Positions 24,729-36,730 of a stretch of 64,000 nt of DNA are shown here, piece by piece. The stretch covers positions 21,700,001 through 21,764,000 of the forward strand of contig NC_043022.1 of the NCBI RefSeq assembly GCF_006345805.1, written 5' to 3'. The DNA comes from Octopus sinensis. Lineage: Eukaryota. Within the stretch, counting starts at the first letter, position 1. Each line of letters starts with the position of its first letter. The notes under the pieces were generated by a model, which saw nothing but the letters and a program-made list of their open reading frames with translations, did no database searches and was not told the DNA's origin. A program made the position numbers and the translations under genes.

Positions 24729-25779
24729 AACAATTCTTGCACTTTGTGATTCTGAAGAAAAAGAGGAGGCATTGAAGTACTACTATGAAAGGCTTATTGA
24801 ACATGAAAAATGCATAGGAGAAAGAATCCCCCCTATGTTCACCCAAAAGAGGGACCAGCTATCCTAGTTGAAAGCATATGATAAATAAGACAATTAAGGT
24901 TATAAAGACAGAGGAAGCTCCTGTCCATCAAGAATTACCACTGAGATGCATATAAAATATCTAAGAGAGTAGGATACAAACTAGTTACATGCATAGGTAA
25001 TCAAGTTGTGCCGGAAGGAGTCATATCCAATGACTGATGTAGCAGCATTTTAATCAGCTGTTACAAGGGTAAGGGAAATACCATAGATGGAATTACAGAG
25101 GTATCACACTACTGGATCAGGGCATGTAAGTTACAGAAAGTTAATTAGAAACAGAATCAAACTAGATAAGAGGTAGTTTGGTTTTATGCCAGGGAGAAGT
25201 GTTGATGCTACATTCCAAGGAAGACAACTGCAGAAGTATTTAGCTAAGAGTAAACCATTAGCTTGACACTCATTGACCTGGAGAAAGCATTCAAATGAAT
25301 CCCTTGCTTAGAGATATGGTGATCCCTGAAGAAATGAGGGACTTGTGAAAGCCATGCACACTATGTACAGGGGTGCTATCAGTTATGTGAGTGTTAGCAA
25401 TGAGTACAGCAATGAAGCCAGTCCTCAGTCCCCTCCTATGCATCATAGTTCTCTAGGCCGTAACAGAGGAATTTAAAACTGGTTGCCCTTAGGACTATTA
25501 TATGCTGATGACCTTTTGCTAAGAAAAGAACTTCCAGATATGGAAGCAAAGCCTGGAATTCAAGGACTTAAAATTAACTTAGTAAGGTCCCAAAGTACTA
25601 GTAAGCAGGACAATGGACAGGACTTCCCTCACCTTGGGTAAATGGCTTTGCTCAATATGTAGGAAGGGTATAGGTAGGAATTCTATAATGTGCTCAGTGC
25701 AAACTATAGGCATATAAGAGGCACAGTGGAATCACAGGAAGATTAACAGAGAAAGTAGTATTTATATATAGAAGATACA

Positions 25780-26068
25780 TGGTGGCACGTAAAAAGCACC
25801 ATCCGTTCGTGGCCGTTGCCAGCCTGCCCCCGTGCCGGTGGCACATAAAAAGCACCATCCGATCGTGGCCATTGCCAGCCTCGTCTGGCATGTAAAAAGC
25901 ACCCACTACACTCATGGAGTGGTTGGCATTAGGAAGGGCATCCAGCCGTAGAAACATTGCCAGATCAAACTGGGCCTGGTGCAGCCTTCTGGCTTCCCAG
26001 ACCCCAGTTGAACCGTCCAACCCATGCTAGCATGGAAAGCAGATGCTAAACGATGATGATGATGATAC
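25780..26068 (+). mobile_element. RTE-LINE 3' end (family D)
   Basis: (GAT)n tail; inserted within the RT remnant. Confidence 0.8.
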
Positions 26069-26869
26069 ACAAAGGATAAACACTAAGAACACACAGGAAA
26101 TAGGTTTTCTGGAATGCTCTGGAGACTCCTCAGAGGTAGTCGATAATTTACATACACACATATATAGATTTGATTCAAGGATCAAGGCATATTAAAATGA
26201 AGCATGCCACAATTATTAGCCAGACAGAATGACAGAAATCAGTCGAGTAATCCATTATCATAGCACAAAATGATTCAATGAAGGGAAGTTCACTATTGTT
26301 TGGTAATCAGCAACTCCAATAGTATCCAAAGTAACTAAAGATGAATGGAACCTTAAGAATGCTGCAAAAACATAATAAAAATAGACAAAAGGGTTATCTA
26401 GTCCTACTACAATTGTTTCGTTGTGAACCTTTATTACGAAAACATGGTATATCCGGGTATGCAGTATGCATAACATCCATAAGACTAACTCTCTGCTGGT
26501 ATACAATACTAGCATTTATGAGTGAAGTCATTAAGTTTAATGACATCTTTTGAATAGAAGAACCTTTTAATTATTCTTTAATTTACAACCTTACTCTGTC
26601 ACAGGTAAAAGGTTCTTGTCTCTCTAAGAGAAACATTTCCAGAAAATTACAGGTACAGAAAAATATTCAACAGGCATTCAGTCAAATTTTCATACAGTAG
26701 TTGCCCCAATATGAAGAGCATCATTACAAGCAAACACTAAAGTAATAATAACAATGATAATAATAAGCAATAGTAATAAGTAATGGTGATGGAAATAACA
26801 GCAGTAATAGCAATCATTATTGAACAAAATGAACTAAAAGAATAGCATGATAAGAATGATAATAATAAT

Positions 26870-27085
26870 GATTTCAAATTTTGCCACAAGGGCAACAATT
26901 TAGGGGGAGGGGATGAGTCGATTACATTGACCCCAGTGTTCAACTGGTACTTATTTTAATGACCATGAAAGGATGAAAAGCAAAATCAACCTTGGCAGAA
27001 TTTGAACTTAGAACGTGAAGATGGATGCAATGCCACCAGGCATTTTGTCTGATGTGCAAGCGATTCTGCTAGTTTGCTGCCTTAT
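26870..27085 (-). mobile_element. SINE family B (variant)
   Basis: Same variant as the copies at 3690 and 3945. Confidence 0.8.
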
Positions 27086-27589
27086 TCATAATAATAATAA
27101 TAATAATGGAAGATATGTTAGGAATCGGAATCATAACCCTGATCAAATCATTAAGTAACCACCCCAAAACAGCCACATAGGCTACAATGATGGTACTGGA
27201 AGAGAATAAGCTACAGAGTATCAAGGGATAGAAATGCACATTGCAAAAGGGTTACAGTGAATGTCCACAAGAAGAGGGTCCTTCCTAAGTGTTCTTCTGG
27301 AGTACAATGGAACATAAAATGAAATCAAACAAAACAAAATGAAATAAAACAAAAAAAAATGAAATATGATACAGTAAAGTATTCAGACAAGGTTAAGTAG
27401 AGCGGTCAAGCAAAAGTGATCCCATAAGGCAGGGTGGTCCAGAGCTGACCACAGGAGTAGGAAAAGCAAAGCAAGAGTTATGCAAAGCTAAAGCAAAATT
27501 GAGTAGGAAAAAAGAGAGTGGCCAGGGCCACCTACACACAGCCATTTTGGTAGGGAAGTCCACATGTGGACCACAAAGGGTCTCCATAG

Positions 27590-27797
27590 AAAAAGCAATC
27601 CATAAAAGGTGATCCATGAAAGTTAATAATAGGTGGTAATCCATAACAAGTGGGCCTTAAAGGTAGTCCGCAAATGTGATCCATAAGATGTAATCCAAAA
27701 GAGGTAATCCACAAAGGTGATCCATAAGGAACGGACTATAAAAGGGGGTCCATAAAAGATAATCCTTAAGGAATAATCCATAAAGGTTGTCCATGGA
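27590..27797. repeat. Degenerate minisatellite of about 12-14 bp (AAAGGTRATCCAT)
   Basis: The ggtgatccataa motif recurs about 13 times with substitutions. Confidence 0.8.
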
Positions 27798-28529
27798 AAA
27801 ATAGACAAGTGCTACATGTAAAGTATACTGGTAGTCATCCAGAGAGGAGTCAGCAGAGCAAAATTTGATGACAGAGCATCAGATGGCATAAGCAATAGAA
27901 AAACTATGCTGGGATACCAAACCATAACAACCAAAAGTTGGGTAGACGGAAAACAGTTAAAAAGAGGAGTGAAATACACGCAAAATTAAATACACAAAAA
28001 GTTCAGCAGGCTCCAGACACTGTGAGATTTGCTGAACATTCACCCATTTTGGAGATAGAATTCTTCTGAAGTAAGGATACAGTCAGAGACTGGGACACAT
28101 TTGAAAAATTGCAAGTTAATCTTTTACCCATGCAAGAAAAACCATTATCATTATCAACATCATTTTATCATTTCCATGAGTTGGACAGAATGGATTGAAG
28201 TAGTTTTTCTACAGCAAGATGATCTTCCTGCCACCAAATCTCATCTGTTTCAGAGAAAAGGTACTACTTCACCAGTCGGTCAAACAGCAGGAAAAGTACA
28301 GATATAGTTAAGCAGTGAACACCCTTTGAATTAGCCTTTTGTTTATAAAGATCACATAACATGTCAAAAAGTCCAGACATGTTTTTGACGTTGACTTCAG
28401 GCAGAATTTTGACAGCAAGGCTGTTGTTTCCAGTCAGTGAATACACACGAAGACGAGGGTAAATATGAACATATACACATAAACACAAACATACATACAT
28501 ATAAACAAATATATACAAATGTTTATTTG

Positions 28530-28715
28530 AGTGGCCGTGTGGTAAGTAGCTTGCTTGTTTTCCAACAACATGGTTCTGGGTTCAGTCCCACTGCGTGGCA
28601 CCTTGGGCAAGTGTCTTCGACTATAGCCTTGGGCCGACCAAAGCCTTGTGAGTGGATTTGGTAGACGGAAACTGAAAGAAGCCCGTTGTATATATGTATA
28701 TATATATATATGTGT

Positions 28716-28747
<32 letters not shown>

Positions 28748-28970
28748 TTGTCTGTGTGTATGTGTTTGTCCCCCACCCCCCACCCAACATTGCTTGACAA
28801 TCGATGGTGGTGTATTTATGCACCCGTAACTTACCGGTTCGGCAAAAGAGACCGACAGAATAAAGTACTAGGCTTACAAAGAATAAGTCCTGGGGTCAGT
28901 TTGCTCGACTAAAAGCGGTCGCTCCAGCACAGGACGCGGTCAAATGACTGAAACAAATAAATGAATAAAA
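28530..28970 (+). mobile_element. SINE family A
   Basis: Full-length copy. Confidence 0.9.
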
Positions 28971-29114
28971 GAAATGCATACAACAGGCTTCTTTCATTTC
29001 TGCCTTACCAATCTCACTTGAAAGGTATTAGTTAACTCACAGCTGTTGAATAAAACACCAGCTGACAGTGTTCATGCAAGCCCCAAACCACATGGTTCCA
29101 AAGCTGCGTCTGTG

Positions 29115-29510
<396 letters not shown>

Positions 29511-29653
29511 ACGCTGCCGTTGTTCTCTTTTAGAGAGACTTAGTAATTTTAATATTTCTATTATTGAAAACAAGTGGATGTATTCCACCGAAGCTAGGTA
29601 AATAAAACCTTTGAACAGAGATTGTCGGAAGCGACACCTACTGGTTTGGCTAC

Positions 29654-29695
29654 GCTGCATTGAAAAGGGGCAATACCCCGAAACGCGTCTGTAGC
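29654..29695 (+). ncRNA. Minimal type I hammerhead ribozyme, copy 1 (U3:A8 core)
   Basis: GCUGCA-UUGAAAA-GGGG(CAAUA)CCCC-GAAA-CGCG-UC/UGUAGC; 6-bp stem I; predicted cleavage after C29689. Confidence 0.8.
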
Positions 29696-30012
29696 TGCCG
29701 GCCAAGTAGTGTGGAGCGACTGACCTCCTTGTTCAAAGGTTATATGGATACAGTTTGTGTATCAAATAGCTAACTTAAGGCGATGGCCTCATGGAGCTAA
29801 TAAGCGGTCAGTTTTTTCTTATTTTTATAAGAATGCCATATTAGTATGGCGATAACTATATTTTCCGGGAACGCTGCCGTTGTTCTCTTTTAGAGAGACT
29901 TAGTAATTTTATATTTCTATTATTGAAAACAAGTGGATGTATTCCACCGAAGCTAGGTAAATAAAACCCTTGAACAGAGATTGTCGGAAGCGACACCTAC
30001 TGGTTTGGCTAC

Positions 30013-30054
30013 GCTGCATTGAAAAGGGGCAATACCCCGAAACGCGTCTGTAGC
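30013..30054 (+). ncRNA. Minimal type I hammerhead ribozyme, copy 2
   Basis: Identical to copy 1; predicted cleavage after C30048. Confidence 0.8.
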
Positions 30055-30282
30055 TGCCGGCCAAGTAGTGTGGAGCGACTGACCTCCCTTGTTCAAAGGT
30101 ATATGGATACAGTTTGTGTATCAAATAGCTAACTTAAGGCGATGGCCTCATGGAGCTAATAAGCGGTCAGCTTTTTTCTTATTTTTATAAGAATGCCATA
30201 TTAGTATGGCGATAACTAATATTTTCCGGGAACGCTGCCGTTGTTCTCTTTTAGAGAGACTTAGTAATTTTAATATTTCTAT

Positions 30283-30284
<2 letters not shown>

Positions 30285-30348
<64 letters not shown>

Positions 30349-30372
30349 GTGTGTGTACATATACATATATAT
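30285..30372. repeat. (TA)n microsatellite
   Basis: Directly visible. Confidence 0.95.
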
Positions 30373-30703
30373 ATCACTTTACCTCATGCAAACATATTTC
30401 TCTGTTTACATTTGATATGAACTTTGTTTTATAGGGACAAATATAAAACACTGTTTTACACTTTGAACTGCTTAAATACCTTTTGAATTCGTGATTCTCA
30501 TCTTTATGACACCATTTTCATTTCCATTTTTTTTTTTTTTTCCAAATAACTTTTCAAATATGACATGATTTAATTTCTTCCAAAATATGTTTATAATTGA
30601 TTGCCTCCCTTCCTCCATCTACCTCCCCACCTATCACCTTCTCTCCCTCTCTCTCCACACACTATACCTGCACCCATATTATATATACACATATTATATA
30701 TAA

Positions 30704-30935
30704 AGGCGGCAAGCTGGCAGAAACGTTAGCACGCGGGCGAAATGCGTAACCGTATTTCGTCTGCCGTTACGTTCTGAGTTCAAATTCCACCGAGGTCAAC
30801 ATTGCCTTTCATCCTTTCAGGGTCGATAAATTAAGCACCAGTTATGCACTGGGGTCGATGTAATCGACTTAATCCGTTTGTCTGTCCTTGTTTGTCCCCT
30901 CTATGTTTAGCCCCTTGTGGGTAGTAAAGAAATAT
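30704..30935 (+). mobile_element. SINE family B
   Basis: ggcggcaagctggcagaaacgttagc...gggtagtaaagaaata. Confidence 0.9.
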
Positions 30936-31202
30936 ATATATATACACATGCACACATACATAGATGCAGGCATGGCTGTGTGGTAAGAAGTTTGCTTCCC
31001 AACCACATAGTTCCAGGTTCAGTCCCACATCACGGCACCTTGGAGAAGTGTCTTCTAATATAGTTTGGGCCAACCAAAGCATTGTGAGGGGATATGGTAG
31101 ACAGAATCTGAAAGAAGCCTATCAGATATATGCATGTCTGTGTGTGCATCTTTGTGTCCGTTGACCCCTACCAGTGCTTGATAACTGGTGTTGATGTATT
31201 TA

Positions 31203-31768
31203 TTGGGTTGTCCGAAAAGTTCGTGCCGATTTTTAAAGGAAAGAAAAAGGTCAATAAATACTTGCCATTACATTTTTAATCAACCAAATATGAACTATTT
31301 TGTTGCACAATGCGTCTCCATCTTTCCTTTAACTTGAAAATACCCTCTTCCCAGAATTGAGGTGGTTTCATGGCAAAGAATTCATCAAGGTATCTTTTTA
31401 CGTCATCCAAGGAATTGAAATTTTTATCATTAAGACTATTCTGCAGAGACCTGAATAAGTGGAAATCCGAAGGAGCAATATCTGGTGAATATGGAGGGTG
31501 GGGTAACACATCCCTGCCGAGCTGCAGCAATTTTTGTCTGGTTCCCAAAGCATTAAGTGCTGAAAATGAACTTTCTTATCTTCCATTTTAAAGGGTTACA
31601 GAATTAACACAGGTTATAGAAATATAAATCTTCTTCCACGAAAAGATAGCTTAAACTGTGCTCTAAATGGAGATGTAGTCAAATCCTATTTTATGGACTC
31701 AACCATATTCTAAAATAAGTCGAAACGTAAGCTACTATAAATCGGCATGAACTTTCCGGACAACCCAA
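31203..31768 (-). mobile_element. Internally deleted mariner element with both ITRs
   Basis: 30-bp ITRs (TTGGGTTGTCCG.AAAGTTC.TGCCGATTT, 2 mismatches) and a TA target duplication. Confidence 0.92.
31276..31590 (-). pseudogene. Mariner transposase remnant (N-terminal stub fused to C-terminus)
   Basis: MEDKKVHFQHLMLWE joined out of frame to HPPYSPDIAPSDFHLFRSLQNSL..KLKERWRRIV. Confidence 0.85.
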
Positions 31769-31929
31769 TACATCCCCTTAACAGTTCAACAAAAGAACCA
31801 ATAGAATATGTACCAGGCTTAAAAAATAAGCAATGGGGTTAATTTGTTTGACTAAAATTCTTCAAGGCAGTGCCCCAGCATGGCCGCAGTCTAATGACTG
31901 AAACAAGTAAAAGGTAAAAAGGTATACAT

Positions 31930-33095
31930 ATACATTTCTTAGTCTGTTACCAGTGCCTATCTTTCACCTTGACCTCTCATACTCTTATCATTCATTTTCC
32001 TGTCACCCTTATCCATGTACCATTGGTATAAGGCCCACCTACTTCATATCTCCATCATCTTCCCTGCAAAATCTTTCACGATCTTCAACTCTCTGCATCA
32101 GCTTGTCCCGTCGTCCGTTATACAATTCCAGTTCTTCTCATCTTGAAACTCAACCTCTACTAAATCAACATCATCTCTGCAATTATCAGGTCATCCAACT
32201 ACTACCTTATCACAGCTAACCACCATACACCAACATTCTACACAATTTCCCTCTACCTCAGCTTAGCTAACTATTTGGAGTTCTACTTGTTCTATGCTAT
32301 GGCCTAGCAGTTGTTAGGGTATTGCACTCATGACTGCGACATCATAGTTTCAATTCATACACCGAGTGCTGTGTTGTGTTCTTGAACAAAACACTTCATC
32401 AAAAGTTGCTGTGGGATCACTTCGACACCTGACATCTGGTACACCATGCACCTTTACAGGCAACGTTGAATTAATGGAGGAAATGAGCTCTCACATGTCG
32501 TCTTCATAGCATGTGCTACACCCCTAATCCTCTAGAAACCATCCTGTTTAGCATGTCCCTCCACATCTCACACAACAAAAACTTACAACCCTAAACCCTC
32601 CTATGTGCTTCATTCATAAACAAGCAACAGCAAAGAATGTAGCCTACAATGTTTGGAGATGCATCACAACTCATACAAGACCCAATTCTTCTATAAATCA
32701 TATAAGCTCACTTGCCTCCAAAACTGCAACTGACCCTTCTATTCCTTTGCCAAAAGATCACTACCAACTTTGTAAAATCCATCTGCCCTGAACTTTTCAA
32801 CTGTAATGGTCCTAAAAGCAGTTCTCCCACAGAGAAAGCCTCCATATTTTATTCCCACTTTACTTCAGCTTCATACTACACACATTAGGTAAATCACCTC
32901 CAAAACTATCCCTTTCAATTCAATTAGGCTCAAACACCATGCACACATAGAAGCCAAATTCAAAGTACTTCCTTCCAGTCACTTCAAACCAACAAAACCA
33001 CAAATCGTGAAAATGTACCAGCCATAAACTTCAAACAATGCACCCACAAACTAGACCCTATACTCACCAAATTCTTTAATCGATCTTCTATTACA
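31930..33095 (+). mobile_element. Degenerate LINE fragment (CR1/Jockey-like?) with SINE E insert at 32290-32480
   Basis: Interrupted LINE-like coding texture (e.g. PILTKFFNR); the assignment is weak. Confidence 0.3.
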
Positions 33096-33097
33096 CA

Positions 33098-33435
33098 GAG
33101 GCGTGACTATCTGATAAGAAGTTTGCTATCCCAACCACATGGTTCCGGGTTCAGTCCCACTGCCAATACTTGGGCAAGTGTCTTTTACTATAACCTCAGA
33201 CCGAGTAGATTTGGCAGACGGAAACTGAAAGAAGCCTGTCGTGTGTGTGTGTCTTTATGTCTGTGTTTACCCCCCCCCAACCGCTTGACAACCTGTGTTG
33301 TTTACGCCCCCGTAACTTAGCGGTTCAGCACAAGAGAACGATAGAATAACGATTATACATTAAAAAATACATCGCGGGGTCAATTTGTTCGACTAAAAGG
33401 CATGGCCAAAGTCAAATGACTGAAACAAGAAAAAG
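33098..33435 (+). mobile_element. SINE family A (diverged)
   Basis: Recognisable head, body and tail. Confidence 0.8.
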
Positions 33436-33639
33436 ATTTAGCTTGATCTTTGAAAACAACTATACTTGAGAGTCAAGACTATTGAAAAGGTTGCAACACA
33501 CAACGAGAATTTTAGAAATTAAAAATAAGAAATAAGTGGAAATTTTACCGGTGAGTGTGTTAAATAATAAGGCACTAAAAGAGAATGACTCTCCCCAGAC
33601 ACAACAGAACATGCTTCAACACATGAATTCATATAAAGA

Positions 33640-33900
33640 ATCTTGCAAACCAAATCCCAAAACGGAACTATACAATGTTCTTTTCTCAAAGAAGCAACCC
33701 TTCTGATACAGCCAACTTATCATCCCACCACATGCAATTCTAATATTTTGAAGGTGATGAAAGCGGTCATTATTAGAAACAACCTTTTCCATCACCATGA
33801 ATTTCTTTCCCTTCTAAGAAATCCAAAGCTAAAGGATGCATATTGTGTCCACTCGCCAGCGCAACTTCGTTGCCCTTAACACGAACAAGGCTTTCGATCA
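33640..33900 (+). mobile_element. CR1/L2-like RT fragment
   Basis: PTYHPTTCNSNILKVMKAVI (cf. NYRPISLTSxISKVMExII) and FVALNTNKAFDQI (cf. FVxLDISKAFDxV). Confidence 0.55.
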
Positions 33901-33984
33901 GATCAGGAGTGTAAATCTCTGGTCATCTCTGGTTCAAATATGATGTATTCTAGGATTTTGTTTTACCCACCGCTACCACCACTG

Positions 33985-34300
33985 TGGAAGTGCCATCCAA
34001 CCAAAATGCAAATATATGGGAAACTACCACCTGTGTCATCTCTTGTGAAAGGTAGGAGAGTCCAGTTTGCTGGACATTGTTGTAGAGCTGAAAACAAGGC
34101 AATTTCTGCTCTTCTCCTCTGAAAGCCATCTACTCGCAATACCAGAGGGCGCACACTCTCCTACCCTGATGTAATCTCCAGGGATACAGGCATCCAGCAA
34201 CAGGACCTCCGTAATGCCATGATGGACCATGAAGTCTGGCGTAGCATGGTAAATTCCATTGTCTCAACCACAGTCGCACAATGATGATGATGATGACCAC
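33985..34300 (+). mobile_element. LINE 3' end (RTE-like) with (GAT)n tail
   Basis: IYGKLPPVSSLVKGRRVQFAGHCCRAE..RGRTLSYPDVISRDTGI..AMMDHEVWR followed by atgatgatg. Confidence 0.75.
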
Positions 34301-34365
34301 CACCGTCTTGCTCTTTATACACCAATGACATACTCGCTGCCATACACACAGATGGAAGATAGCAA

Positions 34366-34965
34366 CCTATTTCTTTACTACCCACAAGGGGCTAAACACA
34401 GAGAGGACAAACAAGGACAAACGGATTAAGTCAAATTATATCGACCCCAGTGCGTAACTGGTACTTATTTAATCGACCCCGAAAGGATGAAAGGCAAAGT
34501 CGACCTCGGCGGAATTTGAACTCAGAACGTAACGGCAGACGAAATGCCGCTCAACCCCAGTGCGTAACTGGTACTTATTTAATCGACCCCGAAAGGATGA
34601 AAGGCAAAGTCGACCTCGGCAGAATTTGAACTCAGAACGTAACGGCAGACGAAATGCCGCTAAGCATTTCGCCCGGCATGCTAACGTTTCTGCCAGCTCG
34701 CCGCCTTTGAAAGATAGCAACCACTAACCTATTTCTTTATTACCCACAAGGGGCTAAACACAGAAGGAACAAACAAGTCAGACATAGGTATTAAGTCGAT
34801 TACATCGACCCCAGTGCGTAACTGGTACTTAATTTATCGACCCCGAAAGGATGAAAGGCAAAGTCGACCTCGGCGGAATTTGAACTCAGAACGTAACGGC
34901 AGAAGAAATGCCGCCAAGCATTTCGCCCGGCGTGCTAACGTTTCTGCCAGCTCGCCGCCTTTGAA
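34366..34965 (-). mobile_element. Tandem SINE family B array
   Basis: Two units separated by gaaagatagcaaccactaacc; the first has an internal duplication of about 96 bp. Confidence 0.9.
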
Positions 34966-35339
34966 AGATAGCAACCACTAACCATTGATCCCTAATCGGT
35001 TTACACACGAGCACCATCGACACGCATCCAAGATAGCATTGCCAAATTTGAAATGACTTCACGTTGAGAGTCCTCAAAACCATCCTTCGATGGAGTCACG
35101 CCAGTCTCGTCTCTTTCAAACAATACAAAAATACAATCATTACACGTATGCTCAAGAAAATATTACTACATTCCAACACTCTTAAACATGAACAGCACAG
35201 AGCTAGAAACCTCATGATGGTTACGAAAGCTAGGCTGCACCGACACCGAGGATCTCTGCTGGTAAGTGCAAATCCTCAACACAATTAAAAATGTATCATG
35301 ATGAGAGTTTGTATATATGTATATACACGCGCGCACACG

Positions 35340-35725
35340 TCTGTATATATTTTATGACGTTGAGGCGGTGGCTGGCATGCATACATACGTACATACATAC
35401 ACACATACATACATACATACATACATCGGTATATATTTTATGACGTTGAGGCGGTGGCTAGCATGCATACATACATACATACGTACACAAACACATACAT
35501 ACATACATATATCCATCCGTCCATCCATGCATACATACGTACACAAACAAATACATCCATACGTACGTACACATATATACATCCATCCATCCATCCATCC
35601 ATCCATCCATACATACATACACACACACATACATATATACATACATACATACATACATACATCCATCCATCCATACATCCATACATACATACATACATAC
35701 ATACATACATACATACATACATACA
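35340..35725. repeat. (ACAT)n/(CCAT)n tetranucleotide tract with a duplicated ~45-bp motif
   Basis: tatatattttatgacgttgaggcggtggct occurs at about 35344 and 35430. Confidence 0.9.
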
Positions 35726-36102
35726 TTCGTATACATTATAGAGATAACAATTCAAGCTACACGATGAAATTCCTCTCGGGAGAATCTTAAAACACACATA
35801 CATCCATCCATGTAAACACACATGCATATATATCGTAAATACACAACACACAAACACACACGCACCACAAATACATCCATTTATTAAACTGACTACTTCA
35901 AAAATCCGTAAAACATGAAATTAATTTTAGCGATCTATGTTAATTTCAGCTTAAAATAACATAGCCAACTCTACATCCTTTGTATGAAGTTCATTTCACC
36001 CCGGATTTTAACAGTAGTGTACCTCCTTCCTACAAACATGTACATACATATACACATACACTCACAAATAATTATATATATATATTATATATATATATTA
36101 TA

Positions 36103-36145
<43 letters not shown>

Positions 36146-36309
36146 GTGCGTGTGTACCCTCACACGGTAACATATTACGTAATTTACGGAGGGTGGATGT
36201 AGAGTTTGCAAGTGGAGAGCACGGGTATAATACATCGTATATAGAAGGAAGAGTGTTTGTATACATATATACATGTGCCTATGTTGTATGTATGTGTGCG
36301 TGCGTGTAT

Positions 36310-36317
36310 ATATATAT

Positions 36318-36380
<63 letters not shown>

Positions 36381-36410
36381 CATACATACATACATACATA
36401 CATACATACG

Positions 36411-36459
<49 letters not shown>

Positions 36460-36576
36460 TAGATAGATAGATAGATGGATGGATGGATACGTAGATAGAT
36501 AGGTAGATAGATGGATGGATGGATGGATGGATAGATAAAGACAGACAGACAAATAGCTAGATAGAAAGATAGGTAG

Positions 36577-36607
<31 letters not shown>

Positions 36608-36609
36608 CG

Positions 36610-36689
<80 letters not shown>

Positions 36690-36730
36690 CAGATAGATAG
36701 CTAGCTAGATAGATAGATACATACATACAT
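36310..36730. repeat. (GATA)n tract
   Basis: Directly visible. Confidence 0.97.

Larger units (their letters stand above)
24150..26200 (+). mobile_element. RTE-clade LINE ORF fossil (RT region) interrupted by SINE C and a family D insert
   Basis: AWKEWENG..YEAKTEAERKRF, ISCYKGKGNTID..NYRGITLLDQ, LIDLEKAF, LLYADDL and FLECSGDSSEVVDNL; many stops. Confidence 0.85.
29511..30284 (+). mobile_element. Retrozyme-like tandem repeat (360-bp unit, ~2.15 copies) carrying hammerhead ribozymes
   Basis: Units start at 29511, 29871 and 30232 (partial); each full unit has a type I hammerhead; (TA)n on both flanks; no ORF homology. Confidence 0.75.
30965..31920 (+). mobile_element. SINE family A split by a mariner insertion
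   Basis: 5' part at 30965-31202 and 3' part at 31769-31920; the insertion sits at a duplicated TA. Confidence 0.8.

Noticed and set aside
28264-28518. Minus-strand ORF containing LAVKILPEVNVKNMSGLFDML
   Set aside because: It starts in a SINE-adjacent microsatellite, has no recognisable domain and no clear splice donor.
29511-30284. CRISPR-like or satellite interpretation of the tandem repeat
   Set aside because: There are no unique spacers or cas genes and the context is eukaryotic; the low copy number and ribozyme content argue against a plain satellite.
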